A stretch of 62,777 bases of DNA from an uncultured Alphaproteobacteria bacterium (GCA_944393205.1 CALXZI010000004.1:1-62777); one strand, 5' to 3'; counted from the first letter of the stretch, positions 1-9,734 are shown. Notes: generated by a model not told the origin, from the sequence alone. Translations and numbers: made by a program.

Positions 1-573
1 TTTAAAATTAAAAAAGAAGATTTTTCCGAAATACTAAACAGTACTTTTCTTGATTTTCCGACACCATTGCAAGGACCTGATTTTGAAACATTTTATAAAT
101 ATTGTTACGGAACGGCGGAAATTCCGGCATATATTATGCTTTCCATTGTTGACGGTATGCCAGAAAATAAAAAACGGCAATTGGCTGAACATTTCGGGCG
201 TGCCATGCAAATCACCAATATGCTGAAAGACATCAAAGAAGATGCTATGTCCGGACATTTGTATATGCCTTTTGAATTGCTTAAAAAAGCCGGTATTAAA
301 ACCACTGATCCGCAAAGTGTCATTACCGATAAAAATTTGATTGCCGTGCGGGAACAACTGGCACGTTTGGCAGCCGCTGATTTTGAGGCGGCTTTTGTTC
401 TGCTTGATAAAATGGATGCGAAAAAAGCACATCCGTTTCGGGTGATTTTGCATATTTATCGGTGTTATTTTGATATTATGCAGAACCGCGGTTGGGAAAT
501 TATGTCACCTAAACCAAAAATCAAAACGGCCGATAAAATCAAAGTTCTTTTTCGTGCAATCTTTGGTAAATAA
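1..573 (+). CDS. Squalene/phytoene synthase family protein (CrtB/HpnC/HpnD-like), C-terminal part; 5' end lies outside the window
   Basis: Frame 1 is open from nt 1, so the ORF enters from upstream. 'YKYCYGTAEIPAYIM...FGRAMQITNMLKDIKEDAMSGHLYMPFELLKKAG' matches the second conserved region (LQxxNIxRDxxED..GRxYLP) of head-to-head isoprenyl diphosphate synthases. Confidence 0.75.
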   Translation, partial: FKIKKEDFSEILNSTFLDFPTPLQGPDFETFYKYCYGTAEIPAYIMLSIVDGMPENKKRQLAEHFGRAMQITNMLKDIKEDAMSGHLYMPFELLKKAGIKTTDPQSVITDKNLIAVREQLARLAAADFEAAFVLLDKMDAKKAHPFRVILHIYRCYFDIMQNRGWEIMSPKPKIKTADKIKVLFRAIFGK

Positions 574-660
574 AGTTGTTAGTAATTTGAAATTATATTT
601 GAAACGTTGAGCGAATGTGTCAACATTCCTTATTTTTCATAATATAAAGGAGTATTTATC

Positions 661-1554
661 ATGTATCGTTTCGGAATGTTTTTTTTGTTGGGCGTATTGT
701 TTTTAAGCCGACCGGCCGGGGCTGAAGAAAATACAACCGTTGACGAAGCGGCGGCCACAGAAACGGGGAGTTCTTTAAAGGCCACCCTCAAGCGTTTAGC
801 TTTGGAATATAATCAAAACAGCGTCTCCAATAAAGATGAGGACGATGATTATCCGGGGACGTTTAATTCTGACGAACAAGAAGTTTTTACCGGCGTGTTT
901 GACGGGCAGTTGGAATATGCCAATAAAAATCTGGTGTGGTTAAACAGTTTGTTTATGGAGTACGGCAAGACAAAAACCACTGAAGATGGCGAAACTACAG
1001 ATAGTGAAACTGCTGATAAAATTTTGTTAACCAGTGATTATATTCACAAACTTTGGAATCTGGAAGAAGGTATAGTCGGACCGTTTGCAAGTTTGGGTTA
1101 TCAGACCGAATTTACGACTTTTACCGGTGCCGACGGCAAGGAATATCGTACTAAAATTTTGCGCGGCAAAGCCGGTGTCAAGCTCTATGACGGCAAGCAT
1201 TTTAAAGATTTATATATTGCGGCGGTTGAAGAAGCGGATTTTACTTATGATGACGTCAATATGAAAACCGGTGCTGAAATCGGGTATGAATTTGAATATC
1301 AAGTGCGTGATGATATGACTTTTTATTCTAATGGTTATTATCGTCATTTCTTTGTTTACGACTCCTATGAGCGCACGGATTATCGTTATGAATATGAAAT
1401 CAATAATCGGTTGGCCGTTGATATTGTCGGCGGTCTTGCTTTTGCTCCGTTTGTTGATTTTCATTCGGCCAAAAGCCGCGGTGCCGACAAATCACGTTCG
1501 GACACAACGGTCGGCATTGCTCTGGAATATAAGGGCGATTATGTGTTTTGGTAA
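661..1554 (+). CDS. Putative outer-membrane beta-barrel protein (signal peptide, C-terminal aromatic residue)
   Basis: AAGGAG RBS 8 nt upstream. N-terminal 'FFLLGVLFLSRPAGA' signal peptide. Alternating Y/F/G-rich strands. The C-terminus 'GDYVFW' is typical of outer-membrane beta-barrels. Confidence 0.5.
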   Translation: MYRFGMFFLLGVLFLSRPAGAEENTTVDEAAATETGSSLKATLKRLALEYNQNSVSNKDEDDDYPGTFNSDEQEVFTGVFDGQLEYANKNLVWLNSLFMEYGKTKTTEDGETTDSETADKILLTSDYIHKLWNLEEGIVGPFASLGYQTEFTTFTGADGKEYRTKILRGKAGVKLYDGKHFKDLYIAAVEEADFTYDDVNMKTGAEIGYEFEYQVRDDMTFYSNGYYRHFFVYDSYERTDYRYEYEINNRLAVDIVGGLAFAPFVDFHSAKSRGADKSRSDTTVGIALEYKGDYVFW

Positions 1555-1631
1555 TGTCATAAGGTGAAATTTTTTCATTGAAGTTTTTAACACTCTCATT
1601 TATATTAAATTAAAACGATGAGGGGGTAAAC

Positions 1632-2390
1632 ATGAAAAAATATTATCTTGCCAGCACGGCATTGGTTTTAAGTCTGTTGTTTTCCGGCATTGCCGCAGCA
1701 CAAGGCGCCGAAGGCGTGGAATCTTTTAAACAAAACCGTGATGCATGGCGTCGGCAGCAACAAAATACGACAGAAGAAAAAAAAGAAATTACGCAAAAGA
1801 TGAAGGATAGTATTCCGGCTAACGCATTGCGTAATATTACCGAAGCTGAACAGGCTTTTTGCTATACGGTGCAAACACCGGAAGACGGCTATAAAGGATA
1901 TTTGTTGGACGGTATGGCCGTGACCGGTTTTTGCGGTATTTTAAGCAAGGCCGAAATAGAATTGTTTATGAATGAGTTTTTGCGTAAAGAAGAGAGTGTT
2001 TCCAATGTGGTGGCGCAATGTATTATTCAGCCGCGGCTTATCTTAAGATTTATGCGCGGCGTAGATTATAGCGACGTGTTGTTATCTTCGCCTTGCAATG
2101 CTTTTTCGGTGTTTTATGCCGGTAGCATCAACACTTTCAATATCTCGCCGGCATCCGCGGTGGAAAATGCCATTATTGAAGCTTATGAGAAGAAAAAAAT
2201 GGCGTTTGTTTCACCGGCTTTGTTAGAGCAGGTGTTGCCGATCGGCGTGCCGCAAAATGAAAAGCAGCGGGCTTTGGTTCGGGAAAAAGCACAGCAAGCG
2301 CCGGTGCGCAACTGGCAGAGTGAAGAAAAAACAACACCCAAGTCTGTTACACAGGAAAAGAAAGGTTGGAATCGTCTTAACGTTAATTAA
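1632..2390 (+). CDS. Secreted hypothetical protein
   Basis: GAGGGGG RBS. Signal peptide 'ALVLSLLFSGIAAAQG'. No family recognised. Confidence 0.5.
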   Translation: MKKYYLASTALVLSLLFSGIAAAQGAEGVESFKQNRDAWRRQQQNTTEEKKEITQKMKDSIPANALRNITEAEQAFCYTVQTPEDGYKGYLLDGMAVTGFCGILSKAEIELFMNEFLRKEESVSNVVAQCIIQPRLILRFMRGVDYSDVLLSSPCNAFSVFYAGSINTFNISPASAVENAIIEAYEKKKMAFVSPALLEQVLPIGVPQNEKQRALVREKAQQAPVRNWQSEEKTTPKSVTQEKKGWNRLNVN

Positions 2391-2547
2391 GAATTTTCTG
2401 CATAGTTATAGATATTCCCAGTAAACTGGGGGCTATTGAGGATACAAACTTTCGGTTTGACCACGCTCGTTGGCGTGGAATGGTGTTGTTCCGACATCTT
2501 GGTGTTCAGCCCCGAGTAAACTCGGGGCTTTCTGTAAGGATTGTAAT

Positions 2548-2577
2548 AAAAAAACCGCGTTTTACGCGGTTTTTTTT
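2548..2577. terminator. Bidirectional intrinsic terminator between convergent genes
   Basis: AAAAAAA-CCGCG-TTTTA-CGCGG-TTTTTTTT, a GC stem flanked by an A-run and a T-run. Confidence 0.7.
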
Positions 2578-2592
2578 ATTACGTCCGAAAAA

Positions 2593-3045
2593 CTATTTAT
2601 TCAACAATTCATGCTGTACGGTATCGCCGATTTTAATACCGTTTTTATCAACATCACCGGCATTGATTTCAATAACGGCGGACAAAGGTTCGTCGGTTTG
2701 CGGACGAATCAACTGCGTGGACAACGGTTCGGCATTTTTGTAAATCCAGATTATTTTGTTGTCCTGATTAACAAAAATCATATCAAGTGGAACGTATGTG
2801 TCTTCCATCCACATGGCAATTTCATTTTGCCCCTGCAAAACAAACAACATACCGGAATTTTCGGCAACGGTTTTACGGTTCATTAATCCGGTTGACATTT
2901 CTTCACGGGTGGTGGCTGTTTCAATTTGATACGTTACGGGGCCTTCCGAAGTGACAAATACAAGTTCGGAAAGATTGTCGTCTTTTTTGCTGCAAGCTGT
3001 GAAAAGCAAGGCAATAGCAAATAATTTAATGAATTTAGACATCAT
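2593..3045 (-). CDS. DUF192 domain protein (COG1430), probable lipoprotein
   Basis: 'GLMNRKTVAENSGMLFV...MWMEDTYVPLDMIFVNQDNKIIWI...AVIEINAG' is the DUF192 pattern. 'LLFTAC' is lipobox-like. The ATG at 3045 has better AAGGAG spacing than the ORF-track start at 3051. Confidence 0.7.
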   Translation of the reverse strand: MMSKFIKLFAIALLFTACSKKDDNLSELVFVTSEGPVTYQIETATTREEMSTGLMNRKTVAENSGMLFVLQGQNEIAMWMEDTYVPLDMIFVNQDNKIIWIYKNAEPLSTQLIRPQTDEPLSAVIEINAGDVDKNGIKIGDTVQHELLNK

Positions 3046-3228
3046 GATCATTCTCCTTGAGACATAAACATATTAGTTAATTTATTATGTTTTTATCAAA
3101 TTTGCAACTTAAAAATGTGTTTGTCAGCAAATAGTTTTTAAGCTTGTTTTCTCAAAGGATATGTTATAATTTGTTAAAAAAGCATTGGTATGTTGAAAAA
3201 TATGGCCGTAATTATATAGAGCTAAAAA

Positions 3229-4986
3229 ATGAATGAACAAAAAAAATCGTTAGGGGGAAATCTTTGGGCAAAAACCGTTGCCGATGAACGTCAGGTTGAG
3301 TTATTGTGTCAACGTTCCGGTCTGCCGTATCTTGTTTGTCGTGTTTTGGCAGCACGTGGTGTGACGGATGACGGAATTGATAGTTTTCTTCATCCGAAAC
3401 TGCAAAATTTGATGCCAAATCCGTCTTGCTTAAAGGATATGGACAAAGCAGCCAAACGTTTGGCCGAGGCCGTTATCGCCGGTGAAAAAATCGGCGTTAT
3501 CGGCGATTATGATGTAGACGGAGCCACCTCCAGTTCGGTTTTGCGACGCTTTTTGGAATTTTTCGGGTTAACAGTACGTGTGCATATTCCCGATCGTGAA
3601 GAAGGTTACGGACCAAGTTTCCAAGCATTTGAAGAATTTGCGGCACAAAATATTCATCTGGTCGTGACTACCGATTGCGGCACAACGGCGTTTGAAGTGT
3701 TGGACAGTGCGGCTGCAGATGGGTTTGATATTTTGGTGATTGATCATCATGAAGCCGAAACTCGTTTGCCCAAAGTTATGGCTGTGGTTAATCCCAAGCG
3801 TCTTGATGAAGAAAATGATTATCCGTATTTGAAATATTTGGCGGCTGTCGGTGTGGTTTATTTGTTGATTGTGGCGGTTAATCGGGAGTTACGATTGGCC
3901 GGCTACTATGAAAAACATCCAACGCCGGATTTATTAAAACTTTTAGATTTGGTTGCTTTGGGAACAGTGTGTGATGTGGTGCCATTGTTAGGACTCAATC
4001 GGGCTTATGTCAGACAAGGGTTGAAAGTTATGTCTTTGCAACAAAATGAAGGTATTAAAGCTTTGGCAAATGTTGCCGGATTAAATACTGCGCCGACGGC
4101 CTTTCATCTGGGTTATGTTTTGGGGCCGAGAATTAATGCCGGTGGCCGAGTGGGAGACGCATCGGTTGGTAATCGTTTGTTGTGTGCACGTGATGCAGAA
4201 ACCGCCAAAACTTTGGCCGAAGAGCTTAATAAATTTAATGATGAACGCAAAGATATTGAAGCTTATGTTCTTTTGCAGGCCATTGAACAACTGGAAGGCG
4301 CTCCGCAAAACTATCCGATGGCTTTTGTTTCCGGTACAGATTGGCACCAAGGTGTTATTGGCATTGTCGCCGGAAAGCTTAAAGAACGTTATAATTTGCC
4401 GGCTTTTGTCATGTCCATAGAACATGACGAAGTTAAAGGTTCGGCACGTTCAGTTCGTGGTGTTGATTTGGGCGCACTGATTATGGCTGCTAAAGAAAAG
4501 GGAATTTTGACCAAAGGCGGTGGACATATTATGGCGGCTGGTTTTTCTCTAAATGAAGAAAACATGGAGGCATTCAAGCGGTTTGCCGGCGAATATATTC
4601 GCGACGCGTTAGGAGAGGAGAAATTGGCGCCGATTATGGAGATTGATGGCGTGGTTAGTTTATCCGGCGCCAATCTGGATTTGGCTGAAAAATTTCAGAA
4701 TATAGAGCCGTTCGGCGCCGGTAATCCTGAACCGAGAATCGTCATTGAGAATGTGAAAATCGTGCGCCCATCGGTTATCGGCAGTGGGCACGTTCGTTGT
4801 TTTTTGGGCGGTGATGGCGGCGGTAGTTTGAAAGCGATTGCGTTTCGGGCCGCAGATAACGCTATCGGTACGACTTTGTTGCAGGCCAAAGGCGAACGTT
4901 TTAATGTTGCCGGACAATTGCGTAAAGATATCTGGCAGGAAAGAACATCCGTACAGTTTGTTATTGAAGATATGATGGCTGTATAA
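3229..4986 (+). CDS. recJ: Single-stranded-DNA-specific exonuclease RecJ
   Basis: DHH-family motifs 'GDYDVDGATSS', 'DCG' and 'LVIDHH', a DHHA1-type 'GGGHIMAAG', and 585 aa length. Confidence 0.95.
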   Translation: MNEQKKSLGGNLWAKTVADERQVELLCQRSGLPYLVCRVLAARGVTDDGIDSFLHPKLQNLMPNPSCLKDMDKAAKRLAEAVIAGEKIGVIGDYDVDGATSSSVLRRFLEFFGLTVRVHIPDREEGYGPSFQAFEEFAAQNIHLVVTTDCGTTAFEVLDSAAADGFDILVIDHHEAETRLPKVMAVVNPKRLDEENDYPYLKYLAAVGVVYLLIVAVNRELRLAGYYEKHPTPDLLKLLDLVALGTVCDVVPLLGLNRAYVRQGLKVMSLQQNEGIKALANVAGLNTAPTAFHLGYVLGPRINAGGRVGDASVGNRLLCARDAETAKTLAEELNKFNDERKDIEAYVLLQAIEQLEGAPQNYPMAFVSGTDWHQGVIGIVAGKLKERYNLPAFVMSIEHDEVKGSARSVRGVDLGALIMAAKEKGILTKGGGHIMAAGFSLNEENMEAFKRFAGEYIRDALGEEKLAPIMEIDGVVSLSGANLDLAEKFQNIEPFGAGNPEPRIVIENVKIVRPSVIGSGHVRCFLGGDGGGSLKAIAFRAADNAIGTTLLQAKGERFNVAGQLRKDIWQERTSVQFVIEDMMAV

Positions 4987-4988
4987 TT

Positions 4989-5636
4989 TTAAATGTAACC
5001 TCTGCGATCAAGATAACTTAAAATCACTGTTAGAACGTAAATTGCGATTAATACAGAAATAGCAATCCATAAAATTTGCCGTTCGGTCATGACATGGCTG
5101 ATGCCGGTAACCCCTAAAGCGCTGCCGGTTACGCGGAAAGAAGCTTCTGGTTTCTTGTGTAAAATCGTAACAGCAATTTGGTCGCCGGGATTTAGAAAAT
5201 CAAAGGTGATGATAATGCTGTTTTTGTATTCCTTCAATGATGCGGAAACCGCTGTTGAAGTTAGGGTTTTATCAAGCGTATAATGCACCATTTCAGCTTT
5301 AGGCGGAATAATGATACGAATCGGGTCATGTCCGATGCGAGAAACATCACTGCCGGCCAAAGGTTGTTGACCGTTGTTTTGCATAATAACAATGGTCTGA
5401 TATAAATTATCGTATTCTTTGTCTTCTACCACAACTTTGAATTTGTTGTCGTTTTGCGAAGAAATAAAGCTGTGTGATTGGGTGTCGTATTCTATTATCG
5501 GGCGGTTGATGTAAAATTGGTATATGCCGATTATCAGTGCGGAAAAACCGATAAAAAACGCTCCGACGTTGCTGATTAAAAATTTCCAAAGTTTATTAAA
5601 AAATTTTTTTAAAGGCGTGGTTCGGACAATTCTCAT
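4989..5636 (-). CDS. Hypothetical membrane protein (N- and C-terminal transmembrane helices)
   Basis: AAAGGAA RBS. Hydrophobic segments 'VGAFFIGFSALIIGIY' and 'ILWIAISVLIAIYVLTVIL'. Confidence 0.5.
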   Translation of the reverse strand: MRIVRTTPLKKFFNKLWKFLISNVGAFFIGFSALIIGIYQFYINRPIIEYDTQSHSFISSQNDNKFKVVVEDKEYDNLYQTIVIMQNNGQQPLAGSDVSRIGHDPIRIIIPPKAEMVHYTLDKTLTSTAVSASLKEYKNSIIITFDFLNPGDQIAVTILHKKPEASFRVTGSALGVTGISHVMTERQILWIAISVLIAIYVLTVILSYLDRRGYI

Positions 5637-5712
5637 AATCTGTTCCTTTCCGCCTTTATATAATGATTAAATGCGGATTTTAAATGGCAATTGTCTAAAC
5701 AATCGGTATGTT

Positions 5713-6720
5713 TTAGCGTGTCATATCCATGTTGCTTAAAGCTTGTGGGGAAATTTGTTCCATCTTTTGCATGGTTTTGGGGTTGATTTTTAAAACTTCG
5801 GCAATGAAATTTAAGTTTTTGCCTATTTTTTGCGCAGCTGTGCTGAAACCTATTTTCCATGGTGTTTCTTGTGCGAGTTCGGACATCAAATGCAACATGG
5901 CTTCATCATCGTGATTGAGGGCTTGAGAAGCCACGAACCACGCAGCCAACCATTCATGCGGATAACGGTAATCAGTTTGAGCGTTGCGCCCGTCTTCCAT
6001 GCGGATTGAGCCGCTGTGATTACCGTAACATTTTAATGCGGTAAACAATGGTACAATTTTAAACTCGGCAGCTTCGGAATGTTCCTGATGCTGTTTGATA
6101 TCCTGCGAGCGTTGCGCCAGAATTTGCAGAGTTTCGGCAGAGCATTTCAAAATGTGGCAATAAGGTGTGATGGCCCAAGCATTGCCTTTCCCGTCCCAAA
6201 TATTGATGGCGTAATTGTCGTCGCGGATGTCCGGCATATTGATTAATTTGATTTTGTTTGTCGGGAGTTTGAAATCGGTTATGCCCAAATTTTCCAATTC
6301 CTCACGGGTTTCACGCAAGACGTTGTTGATGCGGATAATGTTGATATCATCGGTTAGAGTCGGTGTGTCGTTTTGTAAAATGACATCATCGCGGCTACCG
6401 ATAAGCTGACGACGTTCGGTTTGGTTCAAACGGGAAAATTCTTCGGGATAGGTTCTTTCCGCCAAGCCGCCCATAGCGCCAATACCGTCAGGCATTCCGG
6501 TTTGAGCTTTTAATCTTGCAATCAGACCGAGATTAATGTTTTTAAGTTGTTCTTTAGGCGTTTTTCCGGAACTTATTTGCCCAGATACAAGCGTGACGTT
6601 GGCGCCGCTGTTTTTTATGAAATTGCGGTTGCGGGAGATGTTTAAAATTTCTTGACGTGCTTGCCCTTTGGGCGCATTGCGCAAGGCTTGCAGCACTTCT
6701 TGTCTGGAATTAAAAATCAT
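5713..6720 (-). CDS. Hypothetical protein, 335 aa, no family recognised
   Basis: Long ORF with an AAAGGA RBS and coding-like composition. No confident motif (see rejected Nudix idea). Confidence 0.55.
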   Translation of the reverse strand: MIFNSRQEVLQALRNAPKGQARQEILNISRNRNFIKNSGANVTLVSGQISSGKTPKEQLKNINLGLIARLKAQTGMPDGIGAMGGLAERTYPEEFSRLNQTERRQLIGSRDDVILQNDTPTLTDDINIIRINNVLRETREELENLGITDFKLPTNKIKLINMPDIRDDNYAINIWDGKGNAWAITPYCHILKCSAETLQILAQRSQDIKQHQEHSEAAEFKIVPLFTALKCYGNHSGSIRMEDGRNAQTDYRYPHEWLAAWFVASQALNHDDEAMLHLMSELAQETPWKIGFSTAAQKIGKNLNFIAEVLKINPKTMQKMEQISPQALSNMDMTR

Positions 6721-6774
6721 CTTGTTATCCTTTTTATTTTGTAAAGTATAAAATAAATCTTTTTTTATTCAAGG

Positions 6775-6803
6775 CAAAAAATAAGGCCCGTATAGCGGAC
6801 CTT
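6775..6803 (-). terminator. Intrinsic terminator downstream of the HdeD-like gene
   Basis: Minus strand reads AAGGTCCG-CTATA-CGGGCCTT followed by ATTTTTT. Confidence 0.55.
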
Positions 6804-6807
6804 TGTT

Positions 6808-7356
6808 TTATTCGGCATTGAGCCAACGTCGGAAGTATATATATTCGGTTATTTCCAAAACGCCGTATAAAATAATATATAGTCCGAGCAGGGTGCTGAT
6901 GGTAATTGCGCCAATACTGGGGTAATGCAAAATAAGGAATCCGAATATAATGCCCAACAGCCCAAGTGTTAAGCTCCAACCCCACGGTAATTCAATTTTG
7001 CGTAAACGATAAGCACTGACCAGTTGCGCTGCGCCAACAGCCAAACACCATAAAGCAAAAATTATCGGCAATGTTGCGGCGGTAACGCCGATGTTGGTTA
7101 CTAAAATAATGCCGATGATGATGTCTATGAGACCAACAAACATAAACCAACCGGAATCAAGATTTAGAGAAAATCCGATGTATCCGACACCGATAATGAT
7201 AAGGCCGACTCCCAAATACAAACTTAAAGCAATTAAACTGGCAACCGGATTGAGCCACACATAAGCGCCGATAAGCAGCATTAAAATGCCGGCTAACAAA
7301 TGCCATATGCCGACACAGCAGGCTGGCTTTTCAGTTTTTATATTAATATTTACCAT
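6808..7356 (-). CDS. HdeD/DUF308-family membrane protein
   Basis: 182 aa, six closely packed hydrophobic helices with repeated G/I/L-rich pairs typical of DUF308. GGAG RBS. Confidence 0.6.
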   Translation of the reverse strand: MVNINIKTEKPACCVGIWHLLAGILMLLIGAYVWLNPVASLIALSLYLGVGLIIIGVGYIGFSLNLDSGWFMFVGLIDIIIGIILVTNIGVTAATLPIIFALWCLAVGAAQLVSAYRLRKIELPWGWSLTLGLLGIIFGFLILHYPSIGAITISTLLGLYIILYGVLEITEYIYFRRWLNAE

Positions 7357-7508
7357 ATTTTTTCTCCTAATTATAATTGTTCTAGAGTAATATATAAGTT
7401 TTGTCGTCCGCTATTTCCAGAGAAGAAAAATCTATCCTAAAGTTGAGCGTGATAACAGCCGTTAAATTATTATTTATTAAATGTTCAATAAAATAAATTG
7501 AGGAGGTT

Positions 7509-7892
7509 ATGATGAACAAAACAATAACGGCGTTAGTTGCAGCATTGATGGTTTGCACTGCTGGTGCGGCTATGGCAAAATGCGATTGTGCAGATTGTTA
7601 TAAAAAACGAGGCGGTGGATTTGTGGAAGGCGAGCCGCAAATTTCAACCGTGAAACAAGCAATGAGTATGGCTGATGATTCCATCGTAACACTGCAAGGA
7701 AAAATTGAAAAAAGAATAAAAAAAGACAAATATGTGTTTCAAGATGCAACCGGTACTATGACGGTTGAAATTGATAAGGATATTTGGAACGGGCAGACCG
7801 TGACACCGCAAGATACGGTAACGATAGGCGGCGAGTTGGACAGAGACGGTCAACACACAAAACTTGATGTTGAATATCTGACCAAGAAATAA
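7509..7892 (+). CDS. YgiW/YdeI-family periplasmic OB-fold (BOF) stress protein
   Basis: Signal peptide, then 'TVKQAMSMADDSIVTLQGKIEKRIKKDKYVFQDATGTMTVEIDKDIW', which is the YgiW/BOF signature. GGAGG RBS. The ATG at 7512 is an equally good start. Confidence 0.8.
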   Translation: MMNKTITALVAALMVCTAGAAMAKCDCADCYKKRGGGFVEGEPQISTVKQAMSMADDSIVTLQGKIEKRIKKDKYVFQDATGTMTVEIDKDIWNGQTVTPQDTVTIGGELDRDGQHTKLDVEYLTKK

Positions 7893-7905
7893 TTAAACTT
7901 ATTTT

Positions 7906-7930
7906 ATACCGCCGCATGATGCGGCGGTAT
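7906..7930. terminator. Perfect 10-bp hairpin after the YgiW-like gene (no clear U-tract)
   Basis: ATACCGCCGC-ATGAT-GCGGCGGTAT. Confidence 0.4.
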
Positions 7931-8224
7931 AAATGAGAGGTTTGCAACCGAAAGTTTTATTTTTTTTATTTTGTGATTTTTTCTTTACTTTTTTATTTTT
8001 GCCAATATAATAGTTTATGCAAACGGGAATTCCGTTTGTGGGATTCAACGTCCTTTAAAATACTACGACTTTTGGCAAGTGATTCCAGTGCTTGCCGGTA
8101 TCCGGACGGATATCGGTGAATAAGGTTTCCAAATAAGCCGAACCGTTTCGTAGTATACGGTCGTTGATGTCCGCCCGCTTTTGTATTAAAGTTGGGCATT
8201 TTTTTTGTTTGGAAAGGAGGAAGT

Positions 8225-8695
8225 ATGACAGAGGTAAAAAAGTTACATGTACGCGGGCGGATAAGGGCAAAAGAGCCTAATCCGGTAGATGTATACGCCG
8301 GACAAAGGATGCGCCTGCGGCGGACGATGCTCAAGATGAGTCAGCAGGCACTGGCGCGTAAATTAGGAATAACTTTTCAGCAAGTGCAAAAATATGAGAA
8401 AGGCGGCAACCGTATCGGCTTTAGCAGAATGTGCGATATTGCCGATATTTTGGGGATATCGCTTGATTATTTTCGGGAAGGAATGGATACGAGTATTGCA
8501 AAAAACAGTCCGATGCGTTTGGTTAATCCCAATGAAAGAGAAATCAGACAAGAGTATGCCGATGATCCGTTAAAAAGTTCGGAAGCAATGGCATTGGTGA
8601 GCAATTATTATAAAATTCGTAATCGTAAAATTGCCAGATATATTTTTAATTTGGTGCGTGATATAAGCGTGAGCAATTCTGTCATGGCGAATTGA
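8225..8695 (+). CDS. XRE-family helix-turn-helix transcriptional regulator
   Basis: 'MSQQALARKLGITFQQVQKYEKGGNRIGFSRMCDIADILGISLDYF' is an HTH_XRE domain. The ATG at 8225 lies 4 nt after GGAGGAAG; the ORF-track start at 8192 lacks an RBS. Confidence 0.8.
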   Translation: MTEVKKLHVRGRIRAKEPNPVDVYAGQRMRLRRTMLKMSQQALARKLGITFQQVQKYEKGGNRIGFSRMCDIADILGISLDYFREGMDTSIAKNSPMRLVNPNEREIRQEYADDPLKSSEAMALVSNYYKIRNRKIARYIFNLVRDISVSNSVMAN

Positions 8696-8707
8696 TATAA
8701 AAAACAA

Positions 8708-8732
8708 AACCCTGAAAAAAAGAATCAGGGTT
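8708..8732. terminator. Hairpin between convergent genes
   Basis: AACCCTGA-(9 nt)-TCAGGGTT. Confidence 0.45.
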
Positions 8733-8751
8733 CTGTTGGAAATTTTTCAAA

Positions 8752-9018
8752 CTACATTTGCTGATTGTATTGAAAAGGATCTTCTTTTTCTTTGCCGTGA
8801 TAAACGTCTGCGGCTTCATTAAATCTTTCACTTAACCGGTCTTTTAATTTACCAGCGCTACTTTCGGTATCGGTAATCTGTTTGCTGATTTCGGTGCTGG
8901 TGTTGGTGGTGTAGCCTTTAATCCAATTCCATTGATTTTCAGGTGTGATGCCAAAACCAAACCAAACAATCAAAACTACGACGGCAATTAAACCGATAAG
9001 ATAAATTAAAGCTTTCAT
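8752..9018 (-). CDS. Small membrane-anchored hypothetical protein
   Basis: AAGGAGC RBS before the ATG at 9018. N-terminal transmembrane helix 'ALIYLIGLIAVVVLIVWFGF'. Confidence 0.5.
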   Translation of the reverse strand: MKALIYLIGLIAVVVLIVWFGFGITPENQWNWIKGYTTNTSTEISKQITDTESSAGKLKDRLSERFNEAADVYHGKEKEDPFQYNQQM

Positions 9019-9209
9019 CGTAAGCTCCTTATACAAAAATATAACCAATAAAATTAATTTAACGATAATGTTTTAAAAAGTGTTTAATTCAGGTATGTTT
9101 AAGTCAAATTTATGAAATTAATGATTGCTTTATTTATAAAAAGGTACTAATGTAGAGACATATTGCAAATAAGCAATATGCGAACGTAACTTTTAAAAGG
9201 ACTTCAGCG

Positions 9210-9734
9210 ATGAAAAAAACGTTATTGTTGGCCGGTGTTGCAAGTTTATTTGCTTACAATGCCAATGCTATGGAATTTACACCTTATGCCGGTGTTGATT
9301 ATAACTATTCTTTTGTTGAGCATGATTCTTCAATGGATGGTGTGATGGCAGGGCAGGCTCATTCCGGTTCTGTTGTTTTGGGTACCAAAGTTTCTCCCTA
9401 TGCCGGTGTTGAAGCTTTTTATCAACTTTCTAAAAAGGAACACAAAGCAAATTATCGTTCCCAAATTCAGGCTTATGGTTTAGATGTTCAGGGATATCTA
9501 CCGCTTGGCTGCTATGGCGAATATGAACTTATTGGTTCATTAGGTGCCGGTTGGTATGATGCTAAATATGACAAAGACAATGACGGCGGTTGGGGATATC
9601 GCTTGGGAGCCGGTTTGCAATATAATATTACCGATAATTGGGCTGTTCGCGCCATGTATCGTCATGTTTGGGTAGACAAAACGGTTTTGGACGCTTTGGA
9701 TGAAATTTCGCTTGGTGTGAGATATCATTTCTAA
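9210..9734 (+). CDS. Small outer-membrane beta-barrel protein (OmpA-like beta-barrel/OMP_b-brl family)
   Basis: Signal peptide ending 'NANA'. Alternating aromatic/Gly strands. C-terminal 'LGVRYHF'. Size typical of 8-stranded barrels. Confidence 0.7.
   Translation: MKKTLLLAGVASLFAYNANAMEFTPYAGVDYNYSFVEHDSSMDGVMAGQAHSGSVVLGTKVSPYAGVEAFYQLSKKEHKANYRSQIQAYGLDVQGYLPLGCYGEYELIGSLGAGWYDAKYDKDNDGGWGYRLGAGLQYNITDNWAVRAMYRHVWVDKTVLDALDEISLGVRYHF

Noticed and set aside
5713-6720. Nudix hydrolase idea for the 335-aa unknown protein, based on 'GGLAE...' and 'RETREELENLGI'.
   Set aside because: Laid against GX5EX7REUXEEXGU, the two halves are about 60 residues apart. The first half lacks the Glu at position 7, and the second half needs a 3-residue insertion. 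This is too weak to call.
7993-8334. 113-aa minus-strand ORF spanning the long intergenic region and the XRE start.
   Set aside because: It overlaps the RBS and start of the well-supported XRE gene. It is Arg/Lys-rich with no RBS and runs through the hairpin-rich region, so it is probably non-coding.
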